Notes: generated by a model not told the origin, from the sequence alone. A stretch of DNA of 60,795 nucleotides, filler included, from 8 parts of 8 records of this genome joined end to end with filler, not necessarily neighbours in it, one strand, 5' to 3'. Shown: positions 43,808 through 55,155, counted from the first letter of the whole stretch. Program-made: numbers and translations.

Positions 43808-44560
43808 ATGAACTTTTCGCATCTATCAACGGTTATTTCAATTCTGATTTTATCTGCTGCTAGCGCCTTTGCCTATCCCGTACAAGAAGGCGACTATGTA
43901 AAATTCAGTAATGGCCAATACGGCACAACAGCAGGTGGTGAATTCAATCTCCACAAATACAACACAGGGACACAGCAGTATGAACAATTGGCGTTCACAA
44001 CATTCTGCCTTGAATATAACGAACACATAGATTACAGCAGCACTTTCAAGGCAGATAGCATCTCAGATCGAGCCTATGGTGGAGGTCCGGACCGGGATGA
44101 TGCTTTCGGTGATGGTGATGGTGACCAAATATCAGCCTCGACCCAATGGCTCTACTGGAACTTTGTGAATGGCACTCTTGAAGCGGCCACCAATGGTTTG
44201 TACACCTACGGTGATGCAGGGATAGATACTCTACAGACTGCGATATGGTTAATTGAGGACGAAATCTCTGTGTCGGACGTAGAACGTAACCTGGATAAAT
44301 ATAGTTCTGCCCTAAATCTGGCAGCAACAGCAGACATGGCCATAATTAGAGCAAGTTTGGAGGACTATTATTCTGCTGGTGTTGATAGCATTGACTCAAT
44401 CATTGGCAATGTCAAAGTGATGAATATCTCATTTTTGGACGGTCGCCATGCTCAATCACAGTTGATAGCAGGCCCTGCGCCTGTGCCAGAACCGTCCACA
44501 TGGGCTCTCCTTGGAATTGGTCTAGCTGGTCTGGTTTTCTACCGCAGAAGGGAACGCTAG
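43808..44560 (+). CDS. PEP-CTERM sorting-domain protein
   Basis: Signal peptide, GGEF and TFCLE motifs, C-terminal PVPEPSTWALLGIGLAGLVFYRRR. Confidence 0.93.
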   Translation: MNFSHLSTVISILILSAASAFAYPVQEGDYVKFSNGQYGTTAGGEFNLHKYNTGTQQYEQLAFTTFCLEYNEHIDYSSTFKADSISDRAYGGGPDRDDAFGDGDGDQISASTQWLYWNFVNGTLEAATNGLYTYGDAGIDTLQTAIWLIEDEISVSDVERNLDKYSSALNLAATADMAIIRASLEDYYSAGVDSIDSIIGNVKVMNISFLDGRHAQSQLIAGPAPVPEPSTWALLGIGLAGLVFYRRRER

Positions 44561-44592
44561 AATTTAGGTGGCATTATCAAAAGATAAACACT

Positions 44593-44622
44593 AGGGGCGG
44601 CCCCTTTACTGGCCGCTCTTTT
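44593..44622 (+). terminator. Probable intrinsic terminator
   Basis: AGGGGCGGCC...GGCCGCTCT followed by Ts. Confidence 0.5.
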
Positions 44623-44717
44623 AACTTTGTCTTAGCCTTGTGAGTTTTAACATGCCGCCGTGCGGCAATGATTCTGGGGCCCCTGTCGCGGTCCGAACTA
44701 ATCCAGATAGCCCAATA

Positions 44718-45488
44718 TCAGATTTCCATCTGCCCGCTGGACAGGCCTTTTAACCAGCGGCCAAGGTTTTCAGCCAGGGCTTTATTCCCATTGCGCAAAA
44801 ACTGATTCTGAAAAATCGCATCGTCGCAGAAGACGATGAACTCACCACGCCCGATCCGGCCGTTGACCATCACGGCAAAGGGGCTCATCAGATCTCCCTT
44901 GGATAATTTTTTATCCCGATTCATATCGACCCAGGAGTGTGGGCTGCTGCTGGCGATCACCTTGCCGTCGTTGGCAAAAGGCCTGAGGGGCCAGCCGCCA
45001 TAGACACGGAATTGCCGGAGACCTTCTGTCAGGGGGTGGGGTTGCAGAGCGCGCACGGCAAAGTTGATGTGCTTCCCGTCCGGCTGTCCCTGGTTGTCGT
45101 TGATAGCCAGGTTGCCGAACTCAACACCGAGGGTGTGCAGCAGTGCTGTCAGTGGTTGTCCGATGTGGATCATGACGGCCAGCTTTCCACCTTTTTTCAA
45201 ATAAGAGCTGATCGCGTCAATCTCTTCTTTGGCCAACGGAGAAAAGGCTCCCGAAATCACCAGAGCGTTGACTCCGTCCAGAGTCTCTTTCGTCAACGCT
45301 TCTTTGTTGCTGTCAACCCTCCAGCCTTGTCCGCGAAAAATATCCGCCAGTCCCCCGAGTTGCAGAGGTCCGTCGTTTTCTATCAGAAATGCCTGGCTGT
45401 GAGATTGGTCGAACAGAACTTTGGGAGCGGCCAGGGCAATATGCGGCAAGATGAGCAGGCAGAGTAGCAGAACGTTCAAACGATACAT
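44718..45488 (-). CDS. Secreted DUF4350/GATase-like domain protein
   Basis: Signal peptide; VLFDQSH, YLKKGGKL and DDAIFQN..N motifs. Confidence 0.7.
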   Translation of the reverse strand: MYRLNVLLLCLLILPHIALAAPKVLFDQSHSQAFLIENDGPLQLGGLADIFRGQGWRVDSNKEALTKETLDGVNALVISGAFSPLAKEEIDAISSYLKKGGKLAVMIHIGQPLTALLHTLGVEFGNLAINDNQGQPDGKHINFAVRALQPHPLTEGLRQFRVYGGWPLRPFANDGKVIASSSPHSWVDMNRDKKLSKGDLMSPFAVMVNGRIGRGEFIVFCDDAIFQNQFLRNGNKALAENLGRWLKGLSSGQMEI

Positions 45489-45728
45489 ACAATCCTCCGA
45501 AAAGTTGACTTGTACAGTTATCTTTGCGGAGGGCAGTCCCGCTGTCAAGGGAAATGCGACCGTGATTCCAGTGTGTTTTTGCCGGAAAGCAGGTTGTGAA
45601 ATGGAGAGTCAGGCAAGGTGTCTTTTACGATCTTTACCGATTTCAGCCAGAGTGGTTTGCCGCTGAACACCATTGAACAACAGTTGTCGAACACGGCCGC
45701 CTTTTGAGAAGAGCAGGTGCAACGAAAA

Positions 45729-46886
45729 TCAGCTCTTTTGACTTAAACCCGTCAGGATAAATGCTGCTGGAATTGTTCCGATGGCAAAGACAACACAAAT
45801 CTGATAGGTCAGTTCAAGACCGATCCAGTCACCGACGAGACCCAACACAAAGACGATCAGCGAGCTGATACCGAAATTGATGAACATGTACATGCTGTTC
45901 ATGAACGTCGGCAGTGACGATTCCGTATCTTGAAATGTGGCCATCAGAACCGGTCCGGAAGCGAACAGAAACAGGCCCAGAGCACTCAGGACGACAATAT
46001 TCTGTGTCACAATAAACAACGCCATGAAGATGACCGAACCAATGCTGGAAATGACCAGAGTTTTCCGCCTGCCGATTCTGTCGGAGATGTTTCCAGCCCA
46101 GAAGGTGCCGATGACGCCGAAAAATTGTAAAACAGAGAGGGATGCGCCGGCAAACCACAGCGACGCGCCCTGGCCGGTGAGGTAGACTGGTAGGTAGAGT
46201 GTCAGGGCGCTTTTCATGGCGGCCTGAAAACAGATAAACCCTCCGACCGCGATAAAAAATGGCCAGTAAAGACGCAACAGCTTGTGGGTGTCGCCCTTCT
46301 CTTTCGGTTTCTGTATCTGTCTGTTCCCGTCGAGGTTTTTGAGTTTGATATAAAGAATCAGGGAGGCAATCAAACCGAGAGGGATCAATCGATAGATTTC
46401 CTCGAGGCTCCAGACGGAAACAGCGGAAATGGCCAACAGCGGCCCGACGGTTCTGGCCAATTCTCCGCCGACCATGAAAAAACTCATCCCCGTTCCAACC
46501 CGGTTGCCGGAGGCTTCCTTGACCACGACAGGCGTCGGCACGTGAAACAGTGCCGCAGATATTCCGGCGACGAATAGCAATATGAACAGCATGGTGACTG
46601 AATTCGCCAGACCGATAAAGCCCATGCTGATGGCTGTGACTGCCGGCGTGAGAATGACAAAATATTTGATGCCGGTTTTCTCTGCTATGAGGCCGAGCAG
46701 AGGATTGAACAGGGCGGGGACGCGGCGGGTGATGTCCAGGAAGGCGCTCATGGATAAAGACATGCCCAGTTTATCGATCAGCAGCGGAAGCAGGGGGGCC
46801 AGAAAAGCTGAGAATGTATCGTGAGCCAGATGGGCGAAGGACAGGATGAGGACGTCTGGTTTTTTGAATTGAGTGTTTTTTTTCAC
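45729..46886 (-). CDS. MFS transporter, Fsr-like
   Basis: AHLAHD, LFHVP, GMSFFMVGG and ISDRIGRR motifs; about 12 TM helices. Confidence 0.88.
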   Translation of the reverse strand: MKKNTQFKKPDVLILSFAHLAHDTFSAFLAPLLPLLIDKLGMSLSMSAFLDITRRVPALFNPLLGLIAEKTGIKYFVILTPAVTAISMGFIGLANSVTMLFILLFVAGISAALFHVPTPVVVKEASGNRVGTGMSFFMVGGELARTVGPLLAISAVSVWSLEEIYRLIPLGLIASLILYIKLKNLDGNRQIQKPKEKGDTHKLLRLYWPFFIAVGGFICFQAAMKSALTLYLPVYLTGQGASLWFAGASLSVLQFFGVIGTFWAGNISDRIGRRKTLVISSIGSVIFMALFIVTQNIVVLSALGLFLFASGPVLMATFQDTESSLPTFMNSMYMFINFGISSLIVFVLGLVGDWIGLELTYQICVVFAIGTIPAAFILTGLSQKS

Positions 46887-47116
46887 GTGAGTGTCGCCTG
46901 CGTTGGGGATTTGAAAAACGGCCGCACTATTGATACTCCCTCATAGCGTAAGAAATCAATCAGATTCCTCATGCCGGATTCGGTTTCTTCTCTGCTTTTG
47001 AGTCATTATTATGAATATTTTCCCGTGTTTTTTTGCTGGTTTCATGACGTGGCCAAGATAATTGTGTATTATTTTAGTCATCTATTCGGCCTGCCTTTTC
47101 AAGGAGCAAATTGTCC

Positions 47117-49522
47117 ATGGAACAAAATAAAAAGCTCGGTAGTGATGAACTGATAGAAATCGAAAATCATGAATGGCGTGAGTCTCTCGACTATGTTCTG
47201 CAGGAGCAGGGAGAAGAGCGGGTTCGAGAGCTGCTCAGGCAATTGCAGGTTCGTGCTCAGGAACAGGGGGTGAGCATTCCCTTTACTGCCAATACACCCT
47301 ATATCAATACCATTCCGCATGATCAACAGCCGATTTTCCCGGGTAACCGCGAAATTGAACGCCGGATCAAATCGATCATCCGCTGGAATGCCATGGCGAT
47401 GGTCGTTCGAGCTAATCAAGAATCGGTTGGTATCGGTGGCCATATCTCAACTTACGCGTCGGCCGCCACGTTGTGGGAGGTTGGTTTCAATCATTTCTGG
47501 CGCGGCCGGACAGACGAGTTTTTGGGAGATATGGTCTATTTTCAGGGGCACGCTGCGCCGGGAGTTTATGCTCGGGCATACCTGGAAGGTCGCCTGAGTG
47601 AACAGGATCTGGAGGGTTTTCGTCGCGAACTCAGCCCTGAAGGGGGACTGTCTTCTTATCCGCACCCGTACTTGATGCCTGAATTCTGGGAGTTTCCAAC
47701 CGTCTCGATGGGTTTGACCGCCATCAGTGCCATTTATCAGGCCCGTTTCAATCATTATCTGGTCGATCGTGGGCTGAGAGGTCGCAGTGGCCGTAAGGTC
47801 TGGGCGATGCTCGGTGACGGTGAGATGGATGAGCCGGAATCCCTCGGTGCGATCACTTTGGCCGCGCGGGAAAATCTCGACAACCTGATTTTTGTTGTTA
47901 ACTGCAATCTGCAACGGCTCGATGGCCCTGTCCGTGGAAACGGCAAGATCATTCAGGAGCTGGAGGCGGCATTCCGCGGGGCTGGCTGGAACGTCATCAA
48001 GGTGATCTGGAGTGGCGACTGGGACCCGCTGTTGAATGCAGATGAAAGCGGGATGCTGGTCAAGCGGATGGATGAAGTCCTCGATGGTGAGATGCAACGC
48101 TACACCTCGGCAACTGGGACCTATGTCCGTGAACATTTCTTTGGTCGCTACCCGGAATTGCTGGAGCTGGTCAATGGCTACAGTGATGAACAACTCGGAT
48201 TACTGAAGCGGGGAGGCCACGATCCGCGCAAGGTTTATGCAGCTTACAAGGCGGCGTTTGAGCACAAGGGTTCGCCGACGGTGATTCTGGCCCAGAGCAT
48301 TAAGGGGTATGGGCTCGGTGAAGCCGGTGAGGGGAAGAATATCACCCATTCGCAGAAAAAGTTGAACGAGGAGGAATTGAAAAGCTTCCGCACTCGCTTC
48401 AACATTCCGGTCAGCGACGCGGAGATCGCATCGGCGCCGTTTTACCGTCCCGACGAAGACAGCCCGGAGATCCGCTACCTCAAAGAACGCAGAGAAACGC
48501 TGGGAGGGGCCCTCCCGCGTCGCTTTGACGGTAGCCAGCCGATGGCTTGCCAGACCGACTGGCTGGTTCAGGAGTACCTCGGTGGCTCAGGGGACCGGGA
48601 GCTGGCGACGACCATGGCTTATGTGCATCTTCTGGCCAAGCTGATTCGTGACCCGGAAATCGGCAAGTTGATTGTCCCGATTGTTCCAGATGAAGCCCGG
48701 ACGTTCGGTATGGAGTCTCTGTTCCGCCAGGCTGGGATTTACAGTCATGCCGGTCAGTTGTACGAGCCGGTCGATAAGGGAAGTCTGCTCTTCTACAATG
48801 AGGCCAAGACCGGGGCGATTCTTGAGGAAGGGTTAAGTGAAGCAGGGTCCATGGCCAGTTTTATCGCTGCTGGAACGGCCTATTCCAACAACCAGGTTCA
48901 GACGATACCGTTTTACACGTTCTACTCAATGTTCGGGTTCCAGCGTGTCGGTGACCAGATCTGGCAGGCCTGTGACTGCCGTGCCCGTGGTTTCCTGATC
49001 GGAGCGACCGCCGGGCGGACGACCTTGGCTGGAGAAGGGCTCCAGCATCAAGATGGGCATAGCCATGTTCTGGCCATGAGTTCAACCAAGGTCAAGGCGT
49101 ACGACCCTGCATTTGCCTACGAGCTGGCCCTGATTGTTCAGGAAGGGCTGCGGCGGATGTACTGTCATCAGGAGGATTTGATCTATTACCTGACCGTGAC
49201 CAACGAGACCTATCTGATGCCGGCGATGCCGGAAGGTGACGGTGTCCGGGAGGGTGTTCTCAAGGGAATGTACCGTTTCCGTCCCGCGGCCGGGAGGAAA
49301 AAGCCAAGGTGCATTTGCTGGGGAGTGGAGCAATCCTCAATGAGGTCTTGAAAGCTCAGGAACTGCTCAAGGCTGATTTTAAGGTTGCGGCGGATGTCTG
49401 GAGCGTGACCAGCTACAAAGAGCTGTACCATGACGCTGTTGAGGTTGAGCGCTGGAACCTGCTTCATCCTGAAGAAGAACAGCGAACCCCTTATCTTGCT
49501 GATGTGCTGAAACCGTATCCGG
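47117..49522 (+). CDS. aceE: Pyruvate dehydrogenase E1, homodimeric type (frameshift at about 49295; 3' truncated)
   Basis: GGHISTYAS, QGHAAPG, TVSMGL, GDGEMDE, NLQRLDGPV and GEGLQHQDG motifs; continues in the other frame as KVHLLGSGAILNE. Confidence 0.95.
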
Positions 49523-49622
49523 NNNNNNNNNNNNNNNNNNNNNNNNNNNNNNNNNNNNNNNNNNNNTTAATTAATTAANNNNNNNNNNNNNNNNNNNNNN
49601 NNNNNNNNNNNNNNNNNNNNNN
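49523..49622. other. Artificial contig spacer
   Basis: N44-TTAATTAATTAA-N44. Confidence 0.99.
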
Positions 49623-51729
49623 TTTTCTCCGGCTCGACGCCCAGTACCGTAACCTGGACGATATCCCCGACCTTAACAACCTCGGACGGGTGGCGGATAT
49701 ACCGGTCGGCCACCTGAGAGATATGCACAAGCCCATCCTGATGCACGCCGATATCCACAAACACGCCGAAGTCGATAACGTTTCTTACGGTACCAGTAAG
49801 CTCCATGCCGGCCTTCAGGTCCTTCATATCCATAATGTCTGTTCGGAGCATGGGCTGGGGCAGCTCGTCGCGGATATCGCGCCCCGGCTTTTGCAGCTCG
49901 GCGATAATATCCCGCAGCGTCGGCACGCCGACGGCGCACGCCTCGGCGACCTTCGCTTCGCCGTCCTCGCGCACCCGCTCCGCCAGCGCCGCCGCGCCGC
50001 CGTCCTTAAGGCTCAAGCCGAACATCTTAAGAAGCTTTTCCGCCGCGGCGTAAGATTCCGGATGGACGGACGTGTTGTCCAGGGCATTTTTACCGCCCTG
50101 AATGCGCAGAAAGCCCGCGCTCTGCTCAAAGGCCTTCGGCCCGAGCTTAGGCACCTTTTTCAGCTCGCTGCGGCTTTTAAAGCTGCCGTTTTCGTCGCGG
50201 TACGCCACAATGTTTTTAACAACCGTTGCGTTAAGGCCCGATATATGCGCCAGAAGATGCGACGACGCCGTATTCAGGTCCACGCCGACGCTGTTGACAC
50301 AGTCCTCCACAACGCCGCCGAGCGCCTCGTCGAGCCGGGCCGGCGGCATATCATGCTGATACTGGCCGACTCCGATGGACTTCGGATCGATCTTAACAAG
50401 CTCAGCCAAGGGGTCCAACAGCCGCCGCGCGATAGATACGGCACTGCGCTGGGTGACGTCAAAATCCGGGAATTCCGCCGCGCCAAGCTTGGACGCGGAG
50501 TAAACCGACGCGCCCGCCTCGTTGACGACCATATAACCAACCGGTCTTGAAAGCTCCGAAATCATCCCGGCAACAAAAATTTCAGACTCCTTGGACGCCG
50601 TACCGTTGCCGATGGCAATGGCGTCAACGCCGTGTTTTTCAATCAGGCGCTTGAGTGTCTTTTTGGCTTCCTCCGTCCGGTTTTCCGGCGGCGTGGGATA
50701 TACGACAGCCGTGTCGAGCACCTGCCCCGTGCGGCTGACGACGGCGATTTTACAGCCTGTCCTGTACGCGGGGTCGAGCCCCATAATCACCTTGTCCTTT
50801 ACGGGCGGCTGGAGCAGTAGCGGCTTTAAATTCAGCGCAAACATTTGGATTGCCTGCTCCGAGGCGCGTTCGGTGAGCGCGGCGCGCACCTCCCGCTCAA
50901 CGGACGGCTCTATAAGCCGTTTCCACGCGTCCTCCGCCGCCTCCTTGACGGCGGCTGTTGTAACGGAGCCGGGCTTCAAAAACCGGCCAAAAAGGATATT
51001 GTGTGCCGGCGCGTCCTCCAGCTCGATTTTAACCTTTAAAATATCTTCCTTCTCCCCCCGGTTGAGCGCCAGTATACGGTGGCTGGGGATTTTACTTACC
51101 GGCTCGGCGTAGTCATAATACATTTCATAGACAGTTTTCTCATCCGTCGAGGATTTCGAGACCACACTGCCGCTTCGCGTCATCAACTGGCGCAGACGTT
51201 TACGGCACTCGGCGTCATCGGCGATGTCCTCGGCGATGATATCGCGCGCGCCGGCCAGCGCATCCTCCCAAGTGTTAACGCCCTTGTCCGGATTAACAAA
51301 CGGCTCCGCAATCTCCTCCAGTGTGCCGCGCCGGAGGTCCTGCGCCAGAAGACTGGCCGCCAAGGGCTCCAGTCCCTTTTCACGGGCAATAGTAGCCCGT
51401 GTGCGCCGCTTGGGCCGGAACGGGCGGTAAATATCCTCGATCTCAGCGAGCGTGGCCGCAGCCTCAAGCGCACGGGACAGCTCGTCCGTCAGCTTCTCCT
51501 GCGCTGCGATGCTCTCGCGCACTTCCTCCCGGCGCTTGTCCAGGCTGCGCAGATAGCCAAGCCGGTCGCCAAGCTCACGCAGCACCTGATCGTCGCACGA
51601 GCCGGTCATCTCCTTACGGTAGCGGGCGATAAACGGGATGGTGTTCCCCTCGTCAATGAGTGCAACGACGTTTTTAATGTGCTCGGGCTTCAGCTTAAAT
51701 TCGTTTGAAAGAATCGATACAATATCCAT
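49623..51729 (-). CDS. tex: Tex RNA-binding transcription accessory protein (extreme 3' end truncated)
   Basis: TIPFIARYRKE, LDPAYRTGCK, IGVGQYQHD and a C-terminal S1 domain. Confidence 0.95.
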
Positions 51730-51788
51730 ATCTAACCTCGATTGACATAGTTTCCGCTATTATAGCATATCCAAAGCGGCCTTAGTGC

Positions 51789-51817
51789 AAAAAAAAGAAG
51801 GGCCTTTTGGCCCTTCA
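51789..51817 (-). terminator. Intrinsic terminator after thiT
   Basis: GAAGGGCC-4nt-GGCCCTTC followed by T9 on the minus strand. Confidence 0.8.
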
Positions 51818-51851
51818 ATCTCACTGTATTAATAACGTACGCCGTTCTTTT

Positions 51852-52427
51852 TTAGACGGTGCGCGGCAACGCACTGGTGCTGACAAAGCGGTCCAGCACT
51901 GGTACGAGAATCATAGCGACAACAACCGTGATGATGATCTCGGGCAGCATGTAGCTGCCGTTATACGTCAGCGAATAAATCCAGACAGGCGTACCTTCCG
52001 GCGCGTAGCTGCTCCAGATCAAAATGCCCGAGAAAAAGCTGCATAAAAACCGCAGGATACCGACCGCCGCCGCACCGACGGCCACGCTGGCCACCCTGTT
52101 TTTAAAGGGCTTTCCAAAAAAGGACGCCGTCCCTAAAACTGTAAAAGCCAGCACGTAGTCTAACAAAATGACGCCGACAAACGCAAAGAAGGACTGCGCC
52201 GGGGGCGGATAAAACCCGAGCGCCATTTGCAGAAGGCTATGTACGAACGCCGTACCAACGCCCCACTTAAGCCCGTGCCGGTACGATACTAAAATGAGGG
52301 GAACCATGCTCGCGCAGGTAACCGCGCCGCCCTGGGGCATTGTAAAGAGCTGAATCATGCTCAATACGGTCGACATGGCGATCATCATCGCACATTCCAC
52401 TAAAATCCACGTTGTACTTCTTTTCAT
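51852..52427 (-). CDS. thiT: ECF S-component thiamine transporter ThiT
   Basis: MPQGG, LLDYVLAF, RFLCSFFSG and YSLTYNGSY motifs; TPP riboswitch upstream. Confidence 0.92.
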   Translation of the reverse strand: MKRSTTWILVECAMMIAMSTVLSMIQLFTMPQGGAVTCASMVPLILVSYRHGLKWGVGTAFVHSLLQMALGFYPPPAQSFFAFVGVILLDYVLAFTVLGTASFFGKPFKNRVASVAVGAAAVGILRFLCSFFSGILIWSSYAPEGTPVWIYSLTYNGSYMLPEIIITVVVAMILVPVLDRFVSTSALPRTV

Positions 52428-52504
52428 AGGCACACTCCCAATAAATTAATCGAACCAGAAGACCTACGAAAATCCCGGCGGCCCGCCTGCGGCAAAATGA
52501 GGAT

Positions 52505-52535
52505 AAAAAAATGCACTCCGAATGCCGCAGAGTGC
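52505..52535 (-). terminator. Riboswitch-controlled attenuator terminator
   Basis: GCACTC...GAGTGC stem followed by a T-run, just 3' of the aptamer. Confidence 0.8.
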
Positions 52536-52542
52536 CGTTAAA

Positions 52543-52636
52543 ACTTTCCTACGCTGGCATTATCCAGATCAGGTCGAAGGGTCCGCGCCGTCGGTCCGGC
52601 GCATCTCAGCCGAGTGTACTCAGCACCCCTGATATT
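52543..52636 (-). ncRNA. TPP riboswitch
   Basis: Minus strand AGGGGTGC..GCTGAGA..ACCCTTCGACCTGATCTGGATAATGCCAGCGTAGGAA. Confidence 0.96.
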
Positions 52637-52648
52637 TGGTTCGACGTT

Positions 52649-52677
52649 ATTATATAAGATTCAAATTATCCTGTCAA
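52649..52677 (-). promoter_or_regulatory. Consensus sigma-A promoter for riboswitch-thiT
   Basis: TTGACA-17 bp-TATAAT, perfect match. Confidence 0.85.
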
Positions 52678-52712
52678 TCAAAACTGAGGACCGGCATTTG
52701 ATACTTATGCTG

Positions 52713-52744
52713 AAAAAAACCTGGGGGAGCATTTCGCTCCCCCA
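52713..52744 (-). terminator. Terminator after the SASP gene
   Basis: TGGGGGAGC-5nt-GCTCCCCCA hairpin followed by GG and T7 on the minus strand. Confidence 0.75.
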
Positions 52745-52771
52745 TTATTATTTTTCCGGCTGCTTTACCGG

Positions 52772-52948
52772 CTAGCCACCGCTCATGTTCCGTTCGGCCA
52801 TTTCGATGGCCTTACGGACGATATTTCCGCAGTCCCTGGACGACACGTCGCCCCATCCGCCGCCGGTTTTAACGGCTTCGTACACGCCGAGCTCCTTGGC
52901 GATCTCCATTTTGAGATTTTCCGACATCATGCCGTTTCGTCCGCTCAA
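52772..52948 (-). CDS. Small acid-soluble spore protein, SspF/alpha-beta type (58 aa)
   Basis: TTG start with GGAGG RBS; MSGRNGMMSENLKMEIAKELG..GWGDVSSRDCGNIVRKAIEMAE. Not in the supplied ORF track. Confidence 0.88.
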   Translation of the reverse strand: MSGRNGMMSENLKMEIAKELGVYEAVKTGGGWGDVSSRDCGNIVRKAIEMAERNMSGG

Positions 52949-53142
52949 ATTGATATCCTCCCAGTATTAAAGCCTGCCGCCGTCATGCGGCGCAGCTTGT
53001 TTACGCTTGGCATCCGTTTAACTTAATCTATCTATTTATCTTTAGCTCTCTTTCGTGGCGCCGACAATAAATTCGGCGTATATATAGTTTCAGAAATTTC
53101 GCAATAAATATGCTGGCAGATACTTTTTAAACATTTATAATT

Positions 53143-54903
53143 TCACAGTTTTAAAAGCAGCGCGTTAATCTTTTCGCTGGTTTTTCCACGCTGCTGATAG
53201 ACCCAGTCCGGATCAAAGTCTAATCCGAAATTTTTGGCAAAGGAATAATATAGCCCCAGCTTTTGGTAATATTTTTCATATTGGACCAGCGCGCTCCCGC
53301 CCGACGTGGGCCGGGCAATTTCCGGCAGCCCGCGGATAAAATACGCGTAAACGTAATCAAGAAAGCACTGCATCATCTCCGTGTCGTTAACGTCGAACGG
53401 CAGCAGCATCAGACGGTACAAAATGTCCTCTGGCAGCTTGTACGAGCGCAGGCTTTCCAGAACAAGCAGATAATCGCGCACATCCATCTTCGTGTAAAAG
53501 CCGATTTCTTCTTTAGTCGTGCTCCATAGGGCAAGCTTTTCATGGAGCGGCAGGCCCTTGACCTCGATGATCGCCTCACCGGGGCCCAAAACGGCCTGCC
53601 GGATGGGCTCGTCGTCCATTTCAAGGTTCTCCTGCAGAAAATACGGATTCTCCCGCGCCGTCGAGACGTAGCCGACATCGTAAATGCCGCGCCGCCCGGC
53701 GCGCCCGGCAATCTGCTTAACCTCCTGGGAGGTGATATAGCGCTTTTCCTCACCGTCAAATTTAATGAGGTCCATAAAGACAACCCGGCGGATCGGCAGG
53801 TTGACGCCCATGCCGATAGCGTCCGTCGTGACGAGGACTTTACTCTCGCCGTCAATAAAGGCGCGGTACTGCATCCGGCGAACCTCCGGCGGCAGGTCCC
53901 CGTAGATCACGCTGTTTTTAACGCCCTTATCCAAAAAGAATTTAGACAGCTCCAAAACACGCTTTTTGGAAAACGCCACGAGCGCGTCGCCCTTTTGGAT
54001 CTTGCTGAGCGAAAAATTTTCATCACAGACCTCCAGCGGCGTATCGCGCTTGTACTCGATAACCTCGTAATCGTCGCCGCAGTCCGTCAAGATCTTCTCC
54101 ATCAGCCTGCTGGCATTCACCGCGCCGCACACATGGATTTCCGGGCATCGCAAACCCAGAACCGCGCGCGTCCACGCCTGTCCGCGCTGGGAGCTGCCAA
54201 TCATTTGGATTTCGTCTATAACGGCCACGTCGTACTCTCGGGTCATATCAAGCTTTTCAATCGTGGAGCTCACATGGCGGGCATTCTCTGCTAAAAGCTC
54301 CTCCTCGCCCGTGATGAGGTGGCACGGCACGCCCTCGCGGTTGAGCCGTTCGTAGTTTTCCAACGCAAGGATACGAAGCGGCGCGAGATATACACCGTTT
54401 TCAGCCTGCTTGAGCCGCTCGATCGTCCGGTACGTCTTGCCGGTGTTTGTCTCGCCCAGATGCAGGATAAAGCGCCGCTTCATGTCCCGGGCCTTTTCGT
54501 ACTCGTCCTTCGGATTTATCGGGAAGCATTTTTTAAATTGCTCAGCCATTACCCTGGGAATATGGCTCGTGACGAGCACGGAGATGATACCCGACGTGAT
54601 ATAACCGTCCCGGTCGGTTGCAACAATCTCGTCAAAGTCGTACGACAGGCCTTTTTTCTTATTGTAATGGTTTAAAATACGGATGGATATTTCGTCCAGC
54701 AGCGCCAGATAGCCGTTCAGAACGTCGTCAAAGCCCTTGAAGTCCCGATAGTGCATGGCGTGCAGCGCCTTGATCCGCTTGCGGACAGACGCTTCGTGGT
54801 CCCACAGCTTTTTATCCCGCGTATTTCGCACGATTTCTTCGGTGTGCTTAAGCTGCGATTTGATTTGTTCAAATTCCCGCTGGGCCTTTCGCGCTTTTTT
54901 CAT
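53143..54903 (-). CDS. SUV3-like SF2 helicase
   Basis: HLGETNTGKT, YLAPLRILA, DEIQ, RGQAW, YGDLPP, TDAIGMGVN and QIAGRAGR motifs. Confidence 0.9.
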   Translation of the reverse strand: MKKARKAQREFEQIKSQLKHTEEIVRNTRDKKLWDHEASVRKRIKALHAMHYRDFKGFDDVLNGYLALLDEISIRILNHYNKKKGLSYDFDEIVATDRDGYITSGIISVLVTSHIPRVMAEQFKKCFPINPKDEYEKARDMKRRFILHLGETNTGKTYRTIERLKQAENGVYLAPLRILALENYERLNREGVPCHLITGEEELLAENARHVSSTIEKLDMTREYDVAVIDEIQMIGSSQRGQAWTRAVLGLRCPEIHVCGAVNASRLMEKILTDCGDDYEVIEYKRDTPLEVCDENFSLSKIQKGDALVAFSKKRVLELSKFFLDKGVKNSVIYGDLPPEVRRMQYRAFIDGESKVLVTTDAIGMGVNLPIRRVVFMDLIKFDGEEKRYITSQEVKQIAGRAGRRGIYDVGYVSTARENPYFLQENLEMDDEPIRQAVLGPGEAIIEVKGLPLHEKLALWSTTKEEIGFYTKMDVRDYLLVLESLRSYKLPEDILYRLMLLPFDVNDTEMMQCFLDYVYAYFIRGLPEIARPTSGGSALVQYEKYYQKLGLYYSFAKNFGLDFDPDWVYQQRGKTSEKINALLLKL

Positions 54904-55155
54904 ATCCCATGCCTTTCCTTTAAGCCGTTCTATGTCAATTTTTTATCTGATTCTTATCTTTAATGTTTCTATTCCCCGGCTGGTTATTCAGTCTTTTAAA
55001 GCACTGTGAACACTTTTTAGTCGTAGCATCCTGCCGTCAGTATTGTATCGCATCGCACCGTCCATTAAAATAAATATTGAAATATTTAACGTGGCTAAAA
55101 CATTTGGGGCCGCTCAGTCGTATTTAAAGATGAGATACATAACGGGAGGGCCGAT

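Noticed and set aside
49290..49351. aceE pseudogene
   Set aside because: There is a single homopolymer-associated shift and otherwise intact motifs, so it is most likely a sequencing error.
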